From positions 66,540 to 130,539 of the forward strand of contig NMRA01000512.1 of NCBI GenBank assembly GCA_002633005.1: DNA of 64,000 nucleotides, given 5' to 3'. This document shows positions 45,510-62,106 of the stretch, in pieces (position 1 is the first letter of the stretch; every line of letters starts with the position of its first letter). Under the pieces are notes generated by a model, which made no database searches, was not told the DNA's origin, and worked only from the letters and a program-made list of their open reading frames with translations. The DNA comes from Phoronis australis (Eukaryota; Animalia; Phoronida). Position numbers and translations under genes: made by a program.

Positions 45510-46005
45510 TCATGGCAGCTATGGGGATAGTCTAGAATTCAGTCTTCATTTGGAATATCAAATTGGGACTGATTTGACCAGATGTTGGACCTTGAAGAGT
45601 TAAAGATGTATTGAGGTGTTCAACTTTCATCAGTTAGAATCATAGCCGACTCGTATGATCTTATGCAATCGATACACACCATATTGAAAAGAGCTAATTT
45701 TCGTGATGGCTTGGAACGTGCATTCACCGACTGTTGAGGACTTCGTATGGAAAAAATATGATGATGTAAATAGATTGTGCTGTTGGTATTGAGTAAAGGG
45801 TGGTCTAAAAGACCAAACACTAAAAAATTGCAATTATTCGTACATTCTATGTTTTTTTCACAATTGTAATGCTTGAACTTTCTTCAGTATTTGGGAGGTT
45901 CTTTCAACAGACTTTCCAAAATCAGCGTCAGAATTTTGAATGCGATACACATTTTGAGCATTTCTTTTTTGGTCACTCTCAGTAATGCTCATCATCATTG
46001 CTGGT

Positions 46006-46212
46006 CACAGATATGGGTGGGTAACTAGGCCCAGTGGTTGAGATATTACAGATATGGGTGGGTAACCAGGCCCAGTGGTTGAGATATCACAGATATGGGT
46101 GGGTAACCAAGCCCAGTGGTTGAGATATCACTGACATGGATGGGTAACCAGGCCCAGTGGTTGAGATATCACTGACATGGATGGGTAACCAAGCCCAGTG
46201 GTTGATATATCA
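46006..46212. repeat. 41-bp tandem repeat, 5 copies, downstream of the SKIV2L stop
   Basis: Unit cacwgayatggrtgggtaaccargcccagtggttgagatat. Confidence 0.92.
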
Positions 46213-48390
46213 AGTGATTGTATATTAGTGACAGTTACGGTGGTCTTATGAAGTGCGATAAGCCACTGCCTTGTGTCAAAAAATCAACTTTGGTCTCACC
46301 TTATTACTTACTCATATTAGAAAGGATACCTGTACTTGAGAAGAACTGATAGGCTGTTACTACTTCTGAACAGCTCAGTTATATAAGTTGCTTATCGTGG
46401 AAGTTTAGTTTCAGTCGTCATGGTGATATGGCTGTCCAGTGGAATCGGAGGCCCAACAACATTGCTTTGCTTATTGAGCAAATATGCTTGTGAAAAACAT
46501 TTTTAATCACCTGAACAGGGTTTGTTGTGTTTTTAAAGTAAACGGTACAAGACAAAAAATAATGAAACAAAATACCATTTTACCGTCATGGCGTCATTCT
46601 TGGTTAACAGCAAAAATTGCAGTCAATTCTATTACAAAATTGCTGTAGCCATCATATTAACATTCTTGTTCATTCTTGGTCATGAAAAAAGGCTACTCCT
46701 GACATTGTCAGACAATGAATTCGGGTTGCGCCCAGTCATCATGATTGTGAATTCCGGGACATTAGTCTGAATTCTTTTGTCGTGTGCTGTATTTGTCTGC
46801 TTCGGTGTAGTCGCTGGTGGTCAAGTAACTCATGTCTTAATATTGATTCATAACGGGAATTGGAATGAAACCATTGATATATCGAAGTTGTTCAACGATC
46901 TACACCTATTTGGTGGTTGAGTGCCTCCTGTGTGAGCCAAAAATGATGAATCTGGTGTTATTTATTGCTACTGCAGTTGTGCTAACTAAAGGGTTTTCAA
47001 TCCTAATTTAATAACCATATACACTTTACACACGTGCCTGTTTGTTGAAGAGGGATTGGGGGGAACTGGAAATGAAGTAATGGACATTCCGTATCACATT
47101 CCTAAACTAATAACCCTGCGGCATCTATGGGACCAACTCGAACAGGTTATATGCGTGCGAGTGACCAATGCATCCACTGTGACCAGCTGATTTGAAGTGC
47201 TTACTGACTCAGGAGTCGAATACCATCACACTGCAACACGTTGCCGGGCTAGAAAACAGCATGCAAAGGTGTGTGGCTGTAGACTACGAATAGTTCGTCA
47301 ACCAAATACTGAGAAGACAATCACTGCTACATGTATCAGTCAGATTATCACCGTCTTATGTCAGTTGTTCAATCAATGTGTCATTTAGCTACAAAGGAAT
47401 TTGCAGCAATCACTGAGAGACCAAACCCCCTTTGGCAGCAGTTACTAAACACAATAAACCTTTGTTGACCGAATGTGGTACCATTGGAAAGAGGGTGATT
47501 GGACTTTAAATTGGTAATGTGATTTAGCTAAAATAAAAAAATAAAATAAAATAAAAACACAGGCAAGTGAATACAAATTTCAGCTTTTTAAGGTGTTACT
47601 GTTAAGAGGTCTTAGTAACATATACTGCATTACCAAGTGCTGTGCAATTGTTCAAAACTGATTTTTTTCCAGGTATTTATGTTCTTTAATAGCTAATTTT
47701 TGTGTCTTTCGTGTGCATTTGTTTTTACTCAGTAAAAAGCAAATCTACACTAGGGGTGCAAAATTAAGCACACTAATAACAATTGGGACATGTAGAAGAT
47801 GCAATTCTGGTTGGGTTGTTTTGTATCTTAAAAATGGTTCAAGATTCAAAATACAAATCCCTGGTTAAATCATCAAGTTTTTACGATTTTGGGAATCCAA
47901 AAGAATACTTTATACGATTTTGTTTACATGGGTTAAAATACTAAGCTCTAAATTAATTAACATTTTGTATTTTTTCTCAAATTCATAACAATGTACATGT
48001 ATGAGTCTGATGACATGAATGTTCTCATATATTACTTTGTTTACCAACAAAAGACAACAAGAATCAAATGGACGCTATGTCACAAATGAAGAAACCAAAA
48101 ACTAGAGCTGATACCTACAGTCAACCAAAACGGCACTTAGCAAAAATAAGATCACATGAGAGTGTTCATAAATATTTACAATGACTTGTAAATTGCCTTT
48201 CCGTGACACCTTGCACACTGCTGTCTATGGCTTCACAAGACTGGCTGATGATGTACATTACAACTATTTACAACATTCTTATTGGTCACGAACTCTCCAT
48301 ACTTTATTTCCAACGTCCGTCAGTGTCGTATATTGCTCCTTGTATGGAATGTGCCTGGCCAGTAGAATACACTGCTAACCTAGACCACCC

Positions 48391-52795
<4,405 letters not shown>

Positions 52796-53396
52796 TCTGA
52801 ATAATAAAAATTACCAACAACTGATTGACTGGAATATTGCAACTGACAGTTATGAATTCAATGTTTTTTTCTTTGTAAAGTAACTCCAAGAAAGATTGGT
52901 TTTAAACATATGCTAACTCCTCGCATCTCACAAGTCAACACCAGATTTGTTTAACGCCTTTTAAATATCCATTCGCAGCTTTAAGTTTAACCTAGTTACC
53001 AAAGCCATTTTGACGGATCGACAGTCAGATTTGGGTGGTCAAACAGCGAATTATTTAGTGATGGAATATCTGTTTGATCGCTACTCAATCAAAATTTACA
53101 AGTTCGCAGTGAATCAACGGCACTGACGTGTTACCCGGCTAGTGTAGGACGTGCCAACTTGAGAAGCCGGTTACACACGATTTTTACAAAACTGGTGAAA
53201 GTAAACAATAAATAACAGTTAACAATACCTGATGACAGCCTTTCAATAAAGAACAACTTTTTCGGAAAAGAGTAAAGATGAAAGAGATGAAGTTCACGAG
53301 TTATCTTCGAAATTTGTTCCCTACTTTTCGAGTTCCCCTGTGAAGTAAGCTAGCGGAGATCACAGCGTGTAGGGTTTTCTCATTTCTTTGGGCGAG

Positions 53397-53525
53397 CGTG
53401 TCGATTTTTCATTGGCTACTATGTTCCTTGTTGTCCTAAAGTGATTGGATACGTTCAATCACGTGCAAGCGTGTTTCTCTTTTATTGGTGGGTGTCAAAT
53501 TTGACCTTCTGAAAAGGACACGTCA
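53397..53525 (-). promoter_or_regulatory. HSPA5 ER-stress promoter: two ERSE-like elements and a UPRE-like site
   Basis: Minus strand CCAAT-N9-ACACG at 53415-53397 and 53488-53470; third CCAAT at ~53444-53448; TGACGTGT at 53525-53518. Confidence 0.75.
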
Positions 53526-54059
53526 GTATACGTCATCTCCGGACATGCGCATCGTAAAATACTTGAACGCACATGGTCTTTTGCGCCAAGATTTCGTAGG
53601 AGTAGGACGTGGTTTCAGTCTTAGATGAACCTGAAAAAAATTGGGGTTAGTTAGGTTCTAGTACATATCTGTTTTTCGTTTATTCAATTTATGAGTCAAA
53701 ATTTCACACTGCTAATGGGCAATTGACGTACTTTTAAGAAACATCAAAAATCTTTCTCGTGTGTTGGACTTTCCAAACTGAAGCACAAAATTCGCTTAAA
53801 ATTCGCTCAGGCCTACGGAACCAGAACACCAACCATAAGACGCTCTTAAATCGTGCAATAGTGGTATTAACTATTTGGGCACTGGTTGCGTGTATCGATC
53901 TTTGATTTTGAGAACCAGACAATCTGCAATCACTGAATAACTGGTCCGTTATTGGCGTTATTCATTGGATGAAACTGGTTCTCAAAATCCGTGAATTACT
54001 GACTAGCTTGTGTGCGCACCCAGGGGCAAGGTTTGGAATTTTCTGCGGAAACGCGGATT

Positions 54060-54440
54060 TCCGCGTTTTTCTTTTATTCTCTCCGCATCATATGTACGTT
54101 ATATTTCCGCGGAAAAAAATCTGATTTGCCATGAAATTATCGCGGCAAATTGGTTTCTCACCGCAGCATTGCTAACGACTCGAAAAGCGGAAATCTTAAT
54201 GTTTCGGAGGAACGAAAACTGTACTTGCAGATCACAGGCGCTCGAATTTCCGAATGACTTGTAAACCACATATAACAAGGCTTTGAATTGTCCGCGTATT
54301 TTATTTTATTTCCGCGTAAAAAAAATCTGATTTGATATAAAAAAATTTCCTGCAAATTACTTTCTTACCGCGGCGTTGCCGACTACTTTCACCTCAAAAG
54401 CGGAAGTTGCTCTTTATGTTTTGGAGGAACGTAAATTGTC
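54060..54440. repeat. ~230-bp degenerate direct duplication in the HSPA5-divergent promoter region
   Basis: tttccgcg.aaaaaaatctgatttg...aaaagcggaa...ggaggaacg.aaa.tgt occurs at ~54100-54222 and ~54308-54440. Confidence 0.75.
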
Positions 54441-55675
54441 AACATTGCCGGGGCATCTGGGATAGCATGGTGGATTTTTAAATGGCGTCCCGTGTGATTG
54501 TAAACCGCGGTGACAAATACTACGACTCTGCAGCCGAAAATGTGTGGGGGTGGGAGTGGACGCCCCTGCTAAAAAGACGCTGACATACGCTTCTGGAAGT
54601 GGCAGTTTTTTTAGTCCTCTCGGTTTTTGTCGGCAAAAGGCCCATATCGACTATTTCAAGGCTGCGAAGCACGCGTTTTGGGCCGTAAAAATTTCCGCTT
54701 TTTTGTCATTGGCCATTGCAAGCCCTGATACTAGAAACATGTTTTCTTAGTAGTGAGTGACGTCAGCGGCAATCGGGGAACAAATAAATTCAAGCGCCTG
54801 TGCCTGGGATAGGGTGGTTCATCAATGGCGTCTGTGGTCAAAAATGCATGGAGCGTGGAGTAGACAGAATATTTCGTGGGAAAAGCAGATAAAAGAAATG
54901 GTCAATGTCTTCACAAACAACATAAGTCAAGGTTTTTGCTCTGTAAACTTTGAGAGAGGAACAATTACGGAGTGCTTGGCCGAGTCGCCTTGGACGAAGT
55001 TGGAATCTGAGGACCAACTGAAAATGATGACACGCTAGAAATAACGCTTCCTGAAAGAAATTTAACCGTAACCGGTTATTTGTTGGGATTGAAATCGTAG
55101 CATGTGAGTGATGTATGGAATTCTTTTGTTTGATCCCACATGCACGGCCATTGCCGTTGGCTGCTAGTGCTAAGCCTGACCGTCTGAGTGCGATTTTCTA
55201 CGTGTCACCGAAACGGGATACAAAGTGCTATTTTAGTTATTGCATGTGTGTTTTAAATTGCCGTTTATGTATTTCAATTTATTTTGACATTTTTCGTGAC
55301 AAGAGTTTTGCACTTCGGGAGAAATGATCACGTGACAGATTCTGAATGATCTGATTGGTCTAAGCCATTGTTTACAAATTCCGCCAGCTATGAAACTACT
55401 TGCTTCTCATAGTTACACAAGGACTGGTCTTATGATCCACACAACTATTTCATTTGAACAACAGTGAAAAGTCTGAGAATGTATGCAAAAGTGCTTGTTA
55501 ATAATTTCTTTGAATTATTCTTATACAGTGATATGCTCATAATTACTAGGGTGAAGCTTTATTGAGCATTTGTGAAGTGGAATGGTGAAACCAAATTGTC
55601 TTAAACCATTTTCATGAAACGGCGCCTGGCAAGGTTTTTAGTCGCCTGGTTCTACTGTATTGTGTAAATGAAACA

Positions 55676-55743
55676 AACCTGTGATGAACCATACTTGTCG
55701 TAACATGATCATGAATGTAGACAGAGCTAGGTCACTGAGGTGT
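55676..55743 (+). ncRNA. Box C/D snoRNA candidate, target not identified
   Basis: C box GTGATGA 55681-55687, D' ATGA, C'-like ATGTAGA, D CTGA 55735-55738, terminal stem acct/aggt, ~70 nt upstream of acceptor 55811. Confidence 0.6.
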
Positions 55744-56181
55744 TGAAAATGGTCTTCGTTATTAACAACTAACAGTGTAGCATGTTACTCAACTAACTTG
55801 CGTCATTTCAGATTGTGCTGACGATTCAAGGATGACCAGGAAACACTTCCACAGAGCAGGTCTGTTTGAGTTGAGATTCTCATCCTCACAGTTTCAGTAA
55901 TTCTCATGATTATTTCGCCGCCAAAACAATTTGCCAAAATTGCATTTTTGGTATTCTCAAAGGCTAATTGCCATGCTGCAAATACATGGGACTTTACCAA
56001 ATGGTATTTTAAGGCATCCAAGCTAATATTAAATAACTATTTTTAATTTGTGCTTTTGTCAAGGAATTTGAAAACAGAAAAGTATCGCATGTGCGCCGTA
56101 TTGTGTGCAAAATGTGTGGAAACTTGTCATTCTGGTTTATTTTTTGTTACTTTTAACTTCGTGTGGTACTAAAAAACAATG

Positions 56182-56252
56182 CACTTGCCAGTGAGGACAT
56201 TATCTAGGCTGAAGTAAATGTCGACATTAGATTGAGGTCTCTGAGGCATGTG
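56182..56252 (+). ncRNA. Box C/D snoRNA candidate, target not identified
   Basis: C-like GTGAGGA, D' CTGA, C'-like ATGTCGA, D CTGA, stem cacttgcc/ggcatgtg, ~66 nt upstream of acceptor 56318. Confidence 0.55.
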
Positions 56253-57743
56253 AGTTATGGTGTTGTTTCTCGTGACATGAGAGATTGCTTTTTCTGAACC
56301 CTTTGATGTTAATTTCAGATGTGCTGGCGTAGTAGCGTGTGGATTTGTTGAGATTTCTAAAACCATGTGCAAATACCCGGTTACATGGAGCTGCATCTCA
56401 GCTCATTGGTCTACATTCGGTGTCTTGATAGCACAGGTAGGCCACCTTTGTTCTCAAGTCTATACAAAAGTGTGAACTTGCTGGCTAATTCCTTATCTCT
56501 CTGATTGCTTGATCAAATTAGAAACCCAACATTTAGCCACAGTGTGAATTGTGAATATGGAGTTTGTTGAAAACTGTCAGATGTTTTCAAGAACGTGTTT
56601 AGTGTCGAAAATAGTATCCTGTAAATCACTGAACCGTGTTCAGTAAGTATTGTGACGTGTTGGAAAATAATACTGCATGATGCGGGTTATGTGAGCTCCC
56701 AAGGTACGTGGTTAGCGTAAAAGTCACCTATTTGCAGAATGCTTTTGTTTTCATCTTTACAAGTTGTAAATGTATACAACTGCACTTTGTTTAGTGTAGA
56801 TGATGTTCAAATAGCGTTGTCGTCTACTTACTGCTATGCAGTAGTGTTGTTAAGAGCATGTTTATAGAGAAATGAATGTTTTTTAATGGTTGTCAGTGTT
56901 CTCCACAACAAAAATTCCAAACTCTACCCAAATATTTTTGTTAGTAGTAATCACTGTTCATACCCTAGCAACATGGTGTGTATTAATATACGTTTTAAAA
57001 GTGTACACTGAACTGGTATGACCTACTTTTTGACTTTCCTACCAATTTTTCACCATAAAATCCAACTAAAGGTTACAAGTTCCTTTAATAATAAAAATGT
57101 CAATTCTAGTATCAATTCTACTTATCAAATATTACTAACGATGTGACCTAGTAATTAGGGACACCTGTTGTTCAGTTGAATAAGTTCTAATTCGCCACCA
57201 GATGTCAGTCAAAATCAAAATCCTTTAAATTAAGCATATCAAGTTGTTAATTTACGGGTTTAAGTGCAAAATTTTAAAGTTAAAATAATATTGCTGGCTA
57301 GTCAATTATTAAAATAAGGTAGCTGACACCATAAAATTATGTTAAAAATAGAATTTCTTCAGATGTTTTTAGCAATAATTTACACTCAATTATTACAAAA
57401 ATTAGGTCATATATGTAATAGGAACTATGTCTGATGTTGGCTAATTCACCCTCTTTTTGATTCTGAGGTCAAAAGTGCCAAGCCAGCCAAAGTTTTAACT
57501 TGTCGCGGCACTTTTCAAACTCAACGCGCATTCTCCAAACTCAATGTGTCAAAATTTAAACTCGTTGCCGCGTCGAGTCAAAACCGGTCGTGGAGAACAC
57601 TGGTTGTGACGTATATGTGAACATACCTTTGGTAGAAGTAGTTGTATTTGGGGGCAGAAAAAATGCTAGATCATTTTTGTGCTGTAGAAAAATTTATTGT
57701 CGGAACTTAAAAATCTTTTGAGTATATTTCTGTTGAGGCCTTC

Positions 57744-57825
57744 GAACCCTGTCTATGATGCTCTTGTATATTTGCTACTCTTGACTGTCTGGTATGACGA
57801 ATCGACAATTCTGAGGCAAGGGTTC
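57744..57825 (+). ncRNA. SNORD76: Box C/D snoRNA, SNORD76-like (28S Am, yeast Am1449-equivalent)
   Basis: C ATGATGC; guide ATATTTGCTACT antisense to 28S AGUAGCAAAUAU, followed by C-TTGA (D') as in vertebrate U76; C' ATGACGA; D CTGA; stem gaaccct/agggttc. Confidence 0.8.
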
Positions 57826-58767
57826 TGGTACTAAACTTCAAATACGTACCTCTTGATATGTTAACAGTTGATATTCTTCAACTGTCTTTGAATTTTCTGC
57901 TCAAACTTTGTTTTTCAGCTGTCAGCTGTGTAACCACAGAAAGTACGGCTCATTACTTTTGAGGTATGTTTTTAGTGGGCAGTTTGATCTAATCTTGGTA
58001 CCAGTATATGCAGGGCTTGGCACTTCGCATGATGTTGATTTGTCAAATCTGATCTGACAAAATTCCCAAGGAAATGAGGTCGCTAAAACAAAGACACCCT
58101 GTGTGAGGAAGTCCTGGCCACCACAAACGACATTTGGTTGGCGATATCTGAAAAACACAAAGTGGGACATCTGAATGTTGAAAGCTTCGGGCAACTGTGC
58201 AAGTACTCTTAAACACCCAAGTGCTGTTATTTTTGGTTGAACAGTAAATTGGGCATATATTGCCTGATGAGTGAGTTTTCATTGCGTGAGTTTTCATTGC
58301 GTGAGTTTTCATTGCGGATCAATATCCCACCCGAAATAAGCTCCTACCTCAGGGAAAACAAATGACCACTAGGACATTCGTGCATATGTCTTGTGACGGG
58401 ACGTTCGTAACTTTACGCTTATTCTTATTGAGTTGCAAATGTTCACTTATTCTTATGCTAATGTCTTTGTTGCGTCTCAGTGCGCCTTTGTTACGTGGGC
58501 ATGTGGGCGCGACTGTATGTGTCGGGCACTTCGCTAGCGACAGGCTTAGGAGAAGGGTGTTTCCTTCTTTTGCTTTCACGGAAAGTTGATCGTTATCATG
58601 TGCAAATTGAACTGAAACGAATGCCTGATGAGAGAAAATACATATTTTGAGGTTCAGTGGAGACTTGCTCTGTTACAGTCTGAAATGCTGTCATTGTCAT
58701 TTCAACTAAGTGAGGTGACAATTTTTCCTGACCAGTTCCTTAGTTGTCACATTTTTATTGCCTATGT

Positions 58768-58843
58768 GCAGTCCTGCGTGATGATTGCATTAGTAATGGA
58801 AATCTCTCAGAACAAGGGCTGTTGAGGTACGTAATCTGACTGT
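58768..58843 (+). ncRNA. SNORD79: Box C/D snoRNA, SNORD79-like (copy A, one guide mismatch)
   Basis: C GTGATGA 58778; guide ATGGAAATCTCT + D' CAGA (target 28S GAGAUUCCCA); D CTGA 58836; stem cagtc/gactg. Confidence 0.7.
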
Positions 58844-60395
58844 TTGCATAAAGGCGGGTCACCTATAGTCTAGACGCATTTCCTGAAAAGAGCCCTGTAT
58901 AAGGTTCTAGAAGCATTTTTTAGTAAAAGTTGGGAACAAGACTTTTTCACACAATCAAGGCATGGCGAATTCAACTAACCCTGTTCCCAAGCCGAATTTT
59001 GCATTTTTGACCATCTAATTAGCATAAACAAAATGGCGGCCAAATTGTCAAGTTAAGATGTATTTTTGTAATAGAAATCATAATATACCATTTAAAATGG
59101 TGAAAAGTCTCACCTGTACACTTCTTGTAAATACTTCTTGAGCAATAGATCACTTATGAAAACTAAAAAATGCATTTCTAAAAACTAATTATGCAAATTA
59201 GGTGCCGCCATTACCATACAATGTAATTTGAGTCTTAAGTTTGTGCTCCTGCAGGCTAACTTGAAAAATGAGGTGTTAATACTTATATTTTCATGGTCAA
59301 CAAACATGCTANNNNNNNNNNNNNNNNNNNNNNNNNNNNNNNNNNNNNNNNNNNNNNNNNNNNNNNNNNNNNNNNNNNNNNNNNNNNNNNNNNNNNNNNN
59401 NNNNNNNNNNNNNNNNNNNNNNNNNNNNNNNNNNNNNNNNNNNNNNNNNNNNNNNNNNNNNNNNNNNNNNNNNNNNNNNNNNNNNNNNNNNNNNNNNNNN
59501 NNNNNNNNNNNNNNNNNNNNNNNNNNNNNNNNNNNNNNNNNNNNNNNNNNNNNNNNNNNNNNNNNNNNNNNNNNNNNNNNNNNNNNNNNNNNNNNNNNNN
59601 NNNNNNNNNNNNNNNNNNNNNNNNNNNNNNNNNNNNNNNNNNNNNNNNNNNNNNNNNNNNNNNNNNNNNNNNNNNNNNNNNNNNNNNNNNNNNNNNNNNN
59701 NNNNNNNNNNNNNNNNNNNNNNNNNNNNNNNNNNNNNNNNNNNNNNNNNNNNNNNNNNNNNNNNNNNNNNNNNNNNNNNNNNNNNNNNNNNNNNNNNNNN
59801 NNNNNNNNNNNNNNNNNNNNNNNNNNNNNNNNNNNNNNNNNNNNNNNNNNNNNNNNNNNNNNNNNNNNNNNNNNNNNNNNNNNNNNNNNNNNNNNNNNNN
59901 NNNNNNNNNNNNNNNNNNNNNNNNNNNNNNNNNNNNNNNNNNNNNNNNNNNNNNNNNNNNNNNNNNNNNNNNNNNNNNNNNNNNNNNNNNNNNNNNNNNN
60001 NNNNNNNNNNNNNNNNNTTTTTAGCAATAATTTACACTCAATTATTACAAAAGTTAGGTCATATATGTAATAGGAACTATGTCTGATGTTGGCTAATTCA
60101 CCATCTTTTTGATTCTGAGGTCAAAAGTGCCAAGCCAGCCAAAGTTTTAACTTGTCGCGGCACTTTTCAAACTCAACGCGCATTCTCCAAACTCGACGCG
60201 TCAAAATTTAAACTCGTTGCCGCATCGAGTCAAAACCGGTCGTGGAGAACACTGGTTGTGACGTATATGTGAACATACCTTTGGTAGAAATAGTTGTATT
60301 TGGGGCAGAAAAAATGCTAGATCATTTTTGTGCTGTAGAAAAATTCATTGTCGGAACTTAAAAAATCTTTTGGGTATATTTCTGTTGAGGCCTTC

Positions 60396-60477
60396 GAACC
60401 CTGTCTATGATGCTCTTGTATATTTGCTACTCTTGACTGTCTGGTATGATGAATCGAAAATTCTGAGGCAAGGGTTC
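60396..60477 (+). ncRNA. SNORD76: SNORD76-like snoRNA, second copy/allele
   Basis: Same boxes and guide as 57744-57825; C' is canonical ATGATGA. Confidence 0.75.
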
Positions 60478-61091
60478 TGGTACTAAACTTCAAATACGTA
60501 ACTCTTGATATGTTAACAGCTGATATTCTTCAACTGTCTTTCATTTTTCTGCTCAAACTTTGTTTTTCAGCTGTCAGCTGTGTAACCACAGAAAGTACGG
60601 CTCATTGCTTTTGAGGTATGTTTTTAGTTGGCAGTTTGATCTAATCTTGGTACCAGTATATGCAGGGCTTGGCACTTCGCATGATGTTGATTTGTCAAAT
60701 CTGATCGGGCAAAATTCCGGAGGTCGCTAAAACAAAGACACCCTGTGTGAGGGAGTCCTGGCCACCACAAACGGCATTCGGTTGGCGACATCTGAAAAAC
60801 AAGAAGTGGGACATCTGAATGTTGAAAGCTTCGGGCAACTGTGCAAGTACTCTTAAACACCCAAGTGGTGTTATTTTTGGTTGAACAGTAAATTGGGCAT
60901 ATATTGCCTGATGAGTGAGTTTTCATTGCGGATCAATATCCCACCCGAAATAAGCTCCTACCTCAGGGAAAACAAACGACCACTAGGACATTCGTGCATA
61001 TGTCTGAAATGCTGTCATTGTCATTTCAACTAAGTGAGGTGACAATTTTTCCTGACCAGTTCCTTAGTTGTCACATTTTTATTGCCTATGT

Positions 61092-61164
61092 GCTGTCATG
61101 CATGATTGCGTTAGTAATGGGAATCTCTCAGAACAAGGGCTGTTGAGGTACGTAATCTGACTGT
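61092..61164 (+). ncRNA. SNORD79: SNORD79-like snoRNA, copy B (perfect guide, altered C box)
   Basis: Guide ATGGGAATCTCT-CAGA; C box lacks 3 nt (gcatgattg); D CTGA 61157-61160. Confidence 0.65.
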
Positions 61165-61367
61165 TTGCATAAAGGCGGGTCACCTATAGGTGTTAGTGAT
61201 ATTGGAATTGGGAATTCTGGGTAACAATAATTTATCATTTTTCAGAATGGTCTGCAGCCAAACGAAGATCTGGATACTGTTGGATTGAACTTGACGGTTG
61301 AAGCAGGTGATTATCTTTCTAAGAAAAAGTTGGACGAGCAAGAAAAAAAAATAAGTACATTGGAAGT

Positions 61368-61470
61368 GTTAGCTATGATGAAATTCTTGCCATAACTCAT
61401 TCGCAGTTTCCAACTCGAGAGGTCCCTGCCTTGATGAGGGCATAATCCTTCCTTGGATGTCTGAGCTAAC
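61368..61470 (+). ncRNA. SNORD14: U14 snoRNA (SNORD14)
   Basis: C ATGATGA; domain A CATTCGCAGTTTC (anti-18S GAAACUGCGAAUG); domain B CCTTCCTTGGATGT + D CTGA (18S Cm414 yeast/Cm462 human); stem gttagct/agctaac. Confidence 0.93.
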
Positions 61471-62003
61471 TTATATTTTTATGCGCCCACATATTTATAT
61501 GTGGACGCATTATAAAATTTTGAAGTCTCCTCTGAATACATTTTACAGCTTTTAATGCCCTGGGCACAATTAGGTAACTGGAAAATTGTGGTGAGGGGTA
61601 ATCCTNATATTGTACTCCTGGTCCCACGAATGTCTCTGATCTTGTTGATTTGGCGGCCATTTTGTTTATGCAAATTAAATGGTCAAAAACTCGAAATCCA
61701 GCTTGGGAACAGGCATAATCGAAATCAGCACACCATAATTATGCTAAAAAGTTAGGTTCTCCACTTTTACTAAAAAATGCCTCTAACATGCACATTTTTC
61801 AGAAATGCGTCTAGACTACTATAGGTGTGAGTGATATTGGAATTGGGAATTCTGAGTAACAATAATTTATCATTTTTCAGAATGGTCTGCAGCCAAACGA
61901 AGATCTGGATACTGTTGGATTGAACTTGACGGTTGAAGCAGGTGATTATCTTTCTAAGAAAAAGTTGGACGAGCAAGAAAAAAAAAATAAGTACATTGGA
62001 AGT

Positions 62004-62106
62004 GTTAGCTATGATGAAATTCTTGCCATAACTCATTCGCAGTTTCCAACTCGAGAGGTCCCTGCCTTGATGAGGGCATAATCCTTCCTTGGATGTCTGA
62101 GCTAAC
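62004..62106 (+). ncRNA. SNORD14: U14 snoRNA (SNORD14), identical second copy/allele
   Basis: Identical to 61368-61470. Confidence 0.93.

Larger units (their letters stand above)
60018..61606 (+). repeat. Near-identical copy of 57368-58865 + 61822-62241 (probable alternate haplotype)
   Basis: Colinear match with few SNPs and indels, lacks the transposon, bounded by an N-gap and a single n at 61607. Confidence 0.85.
58866..61818. mobile_element. TIR transposon (Academ-like, TAG termini); ends at 58866-59311 and 61608-61818
   Basis: TIR TAGTCTAGACGCATTTC; CTA TSD at 58863-58865 and 61819-61821; the empty site cacCTAtaggtg is seen at 61181-61192. Confidence 0.75.

Noticed and set aside
55024-55190. 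C box (ATGATGA) and D box (CTGA) pair, possible U3 or long C/D RNA
   Set aside because: No convincing terminal stem, U3 boxes or rRNA complementarity found by eye.
57440-57470. TTTTGATTCTGAGGT resembling the SNORD47 3' end
   Set aside because: No C box or guide upstream; lies in a degenerate foldback repeat.
58028-58060. SNORD78-like start (ATGATGTTGAT...CTGATCTGA)
   Set aside because: The guide lacks the expected complementarity, the D' box is mutated in the other copy, and the segment is a simple palindrome.
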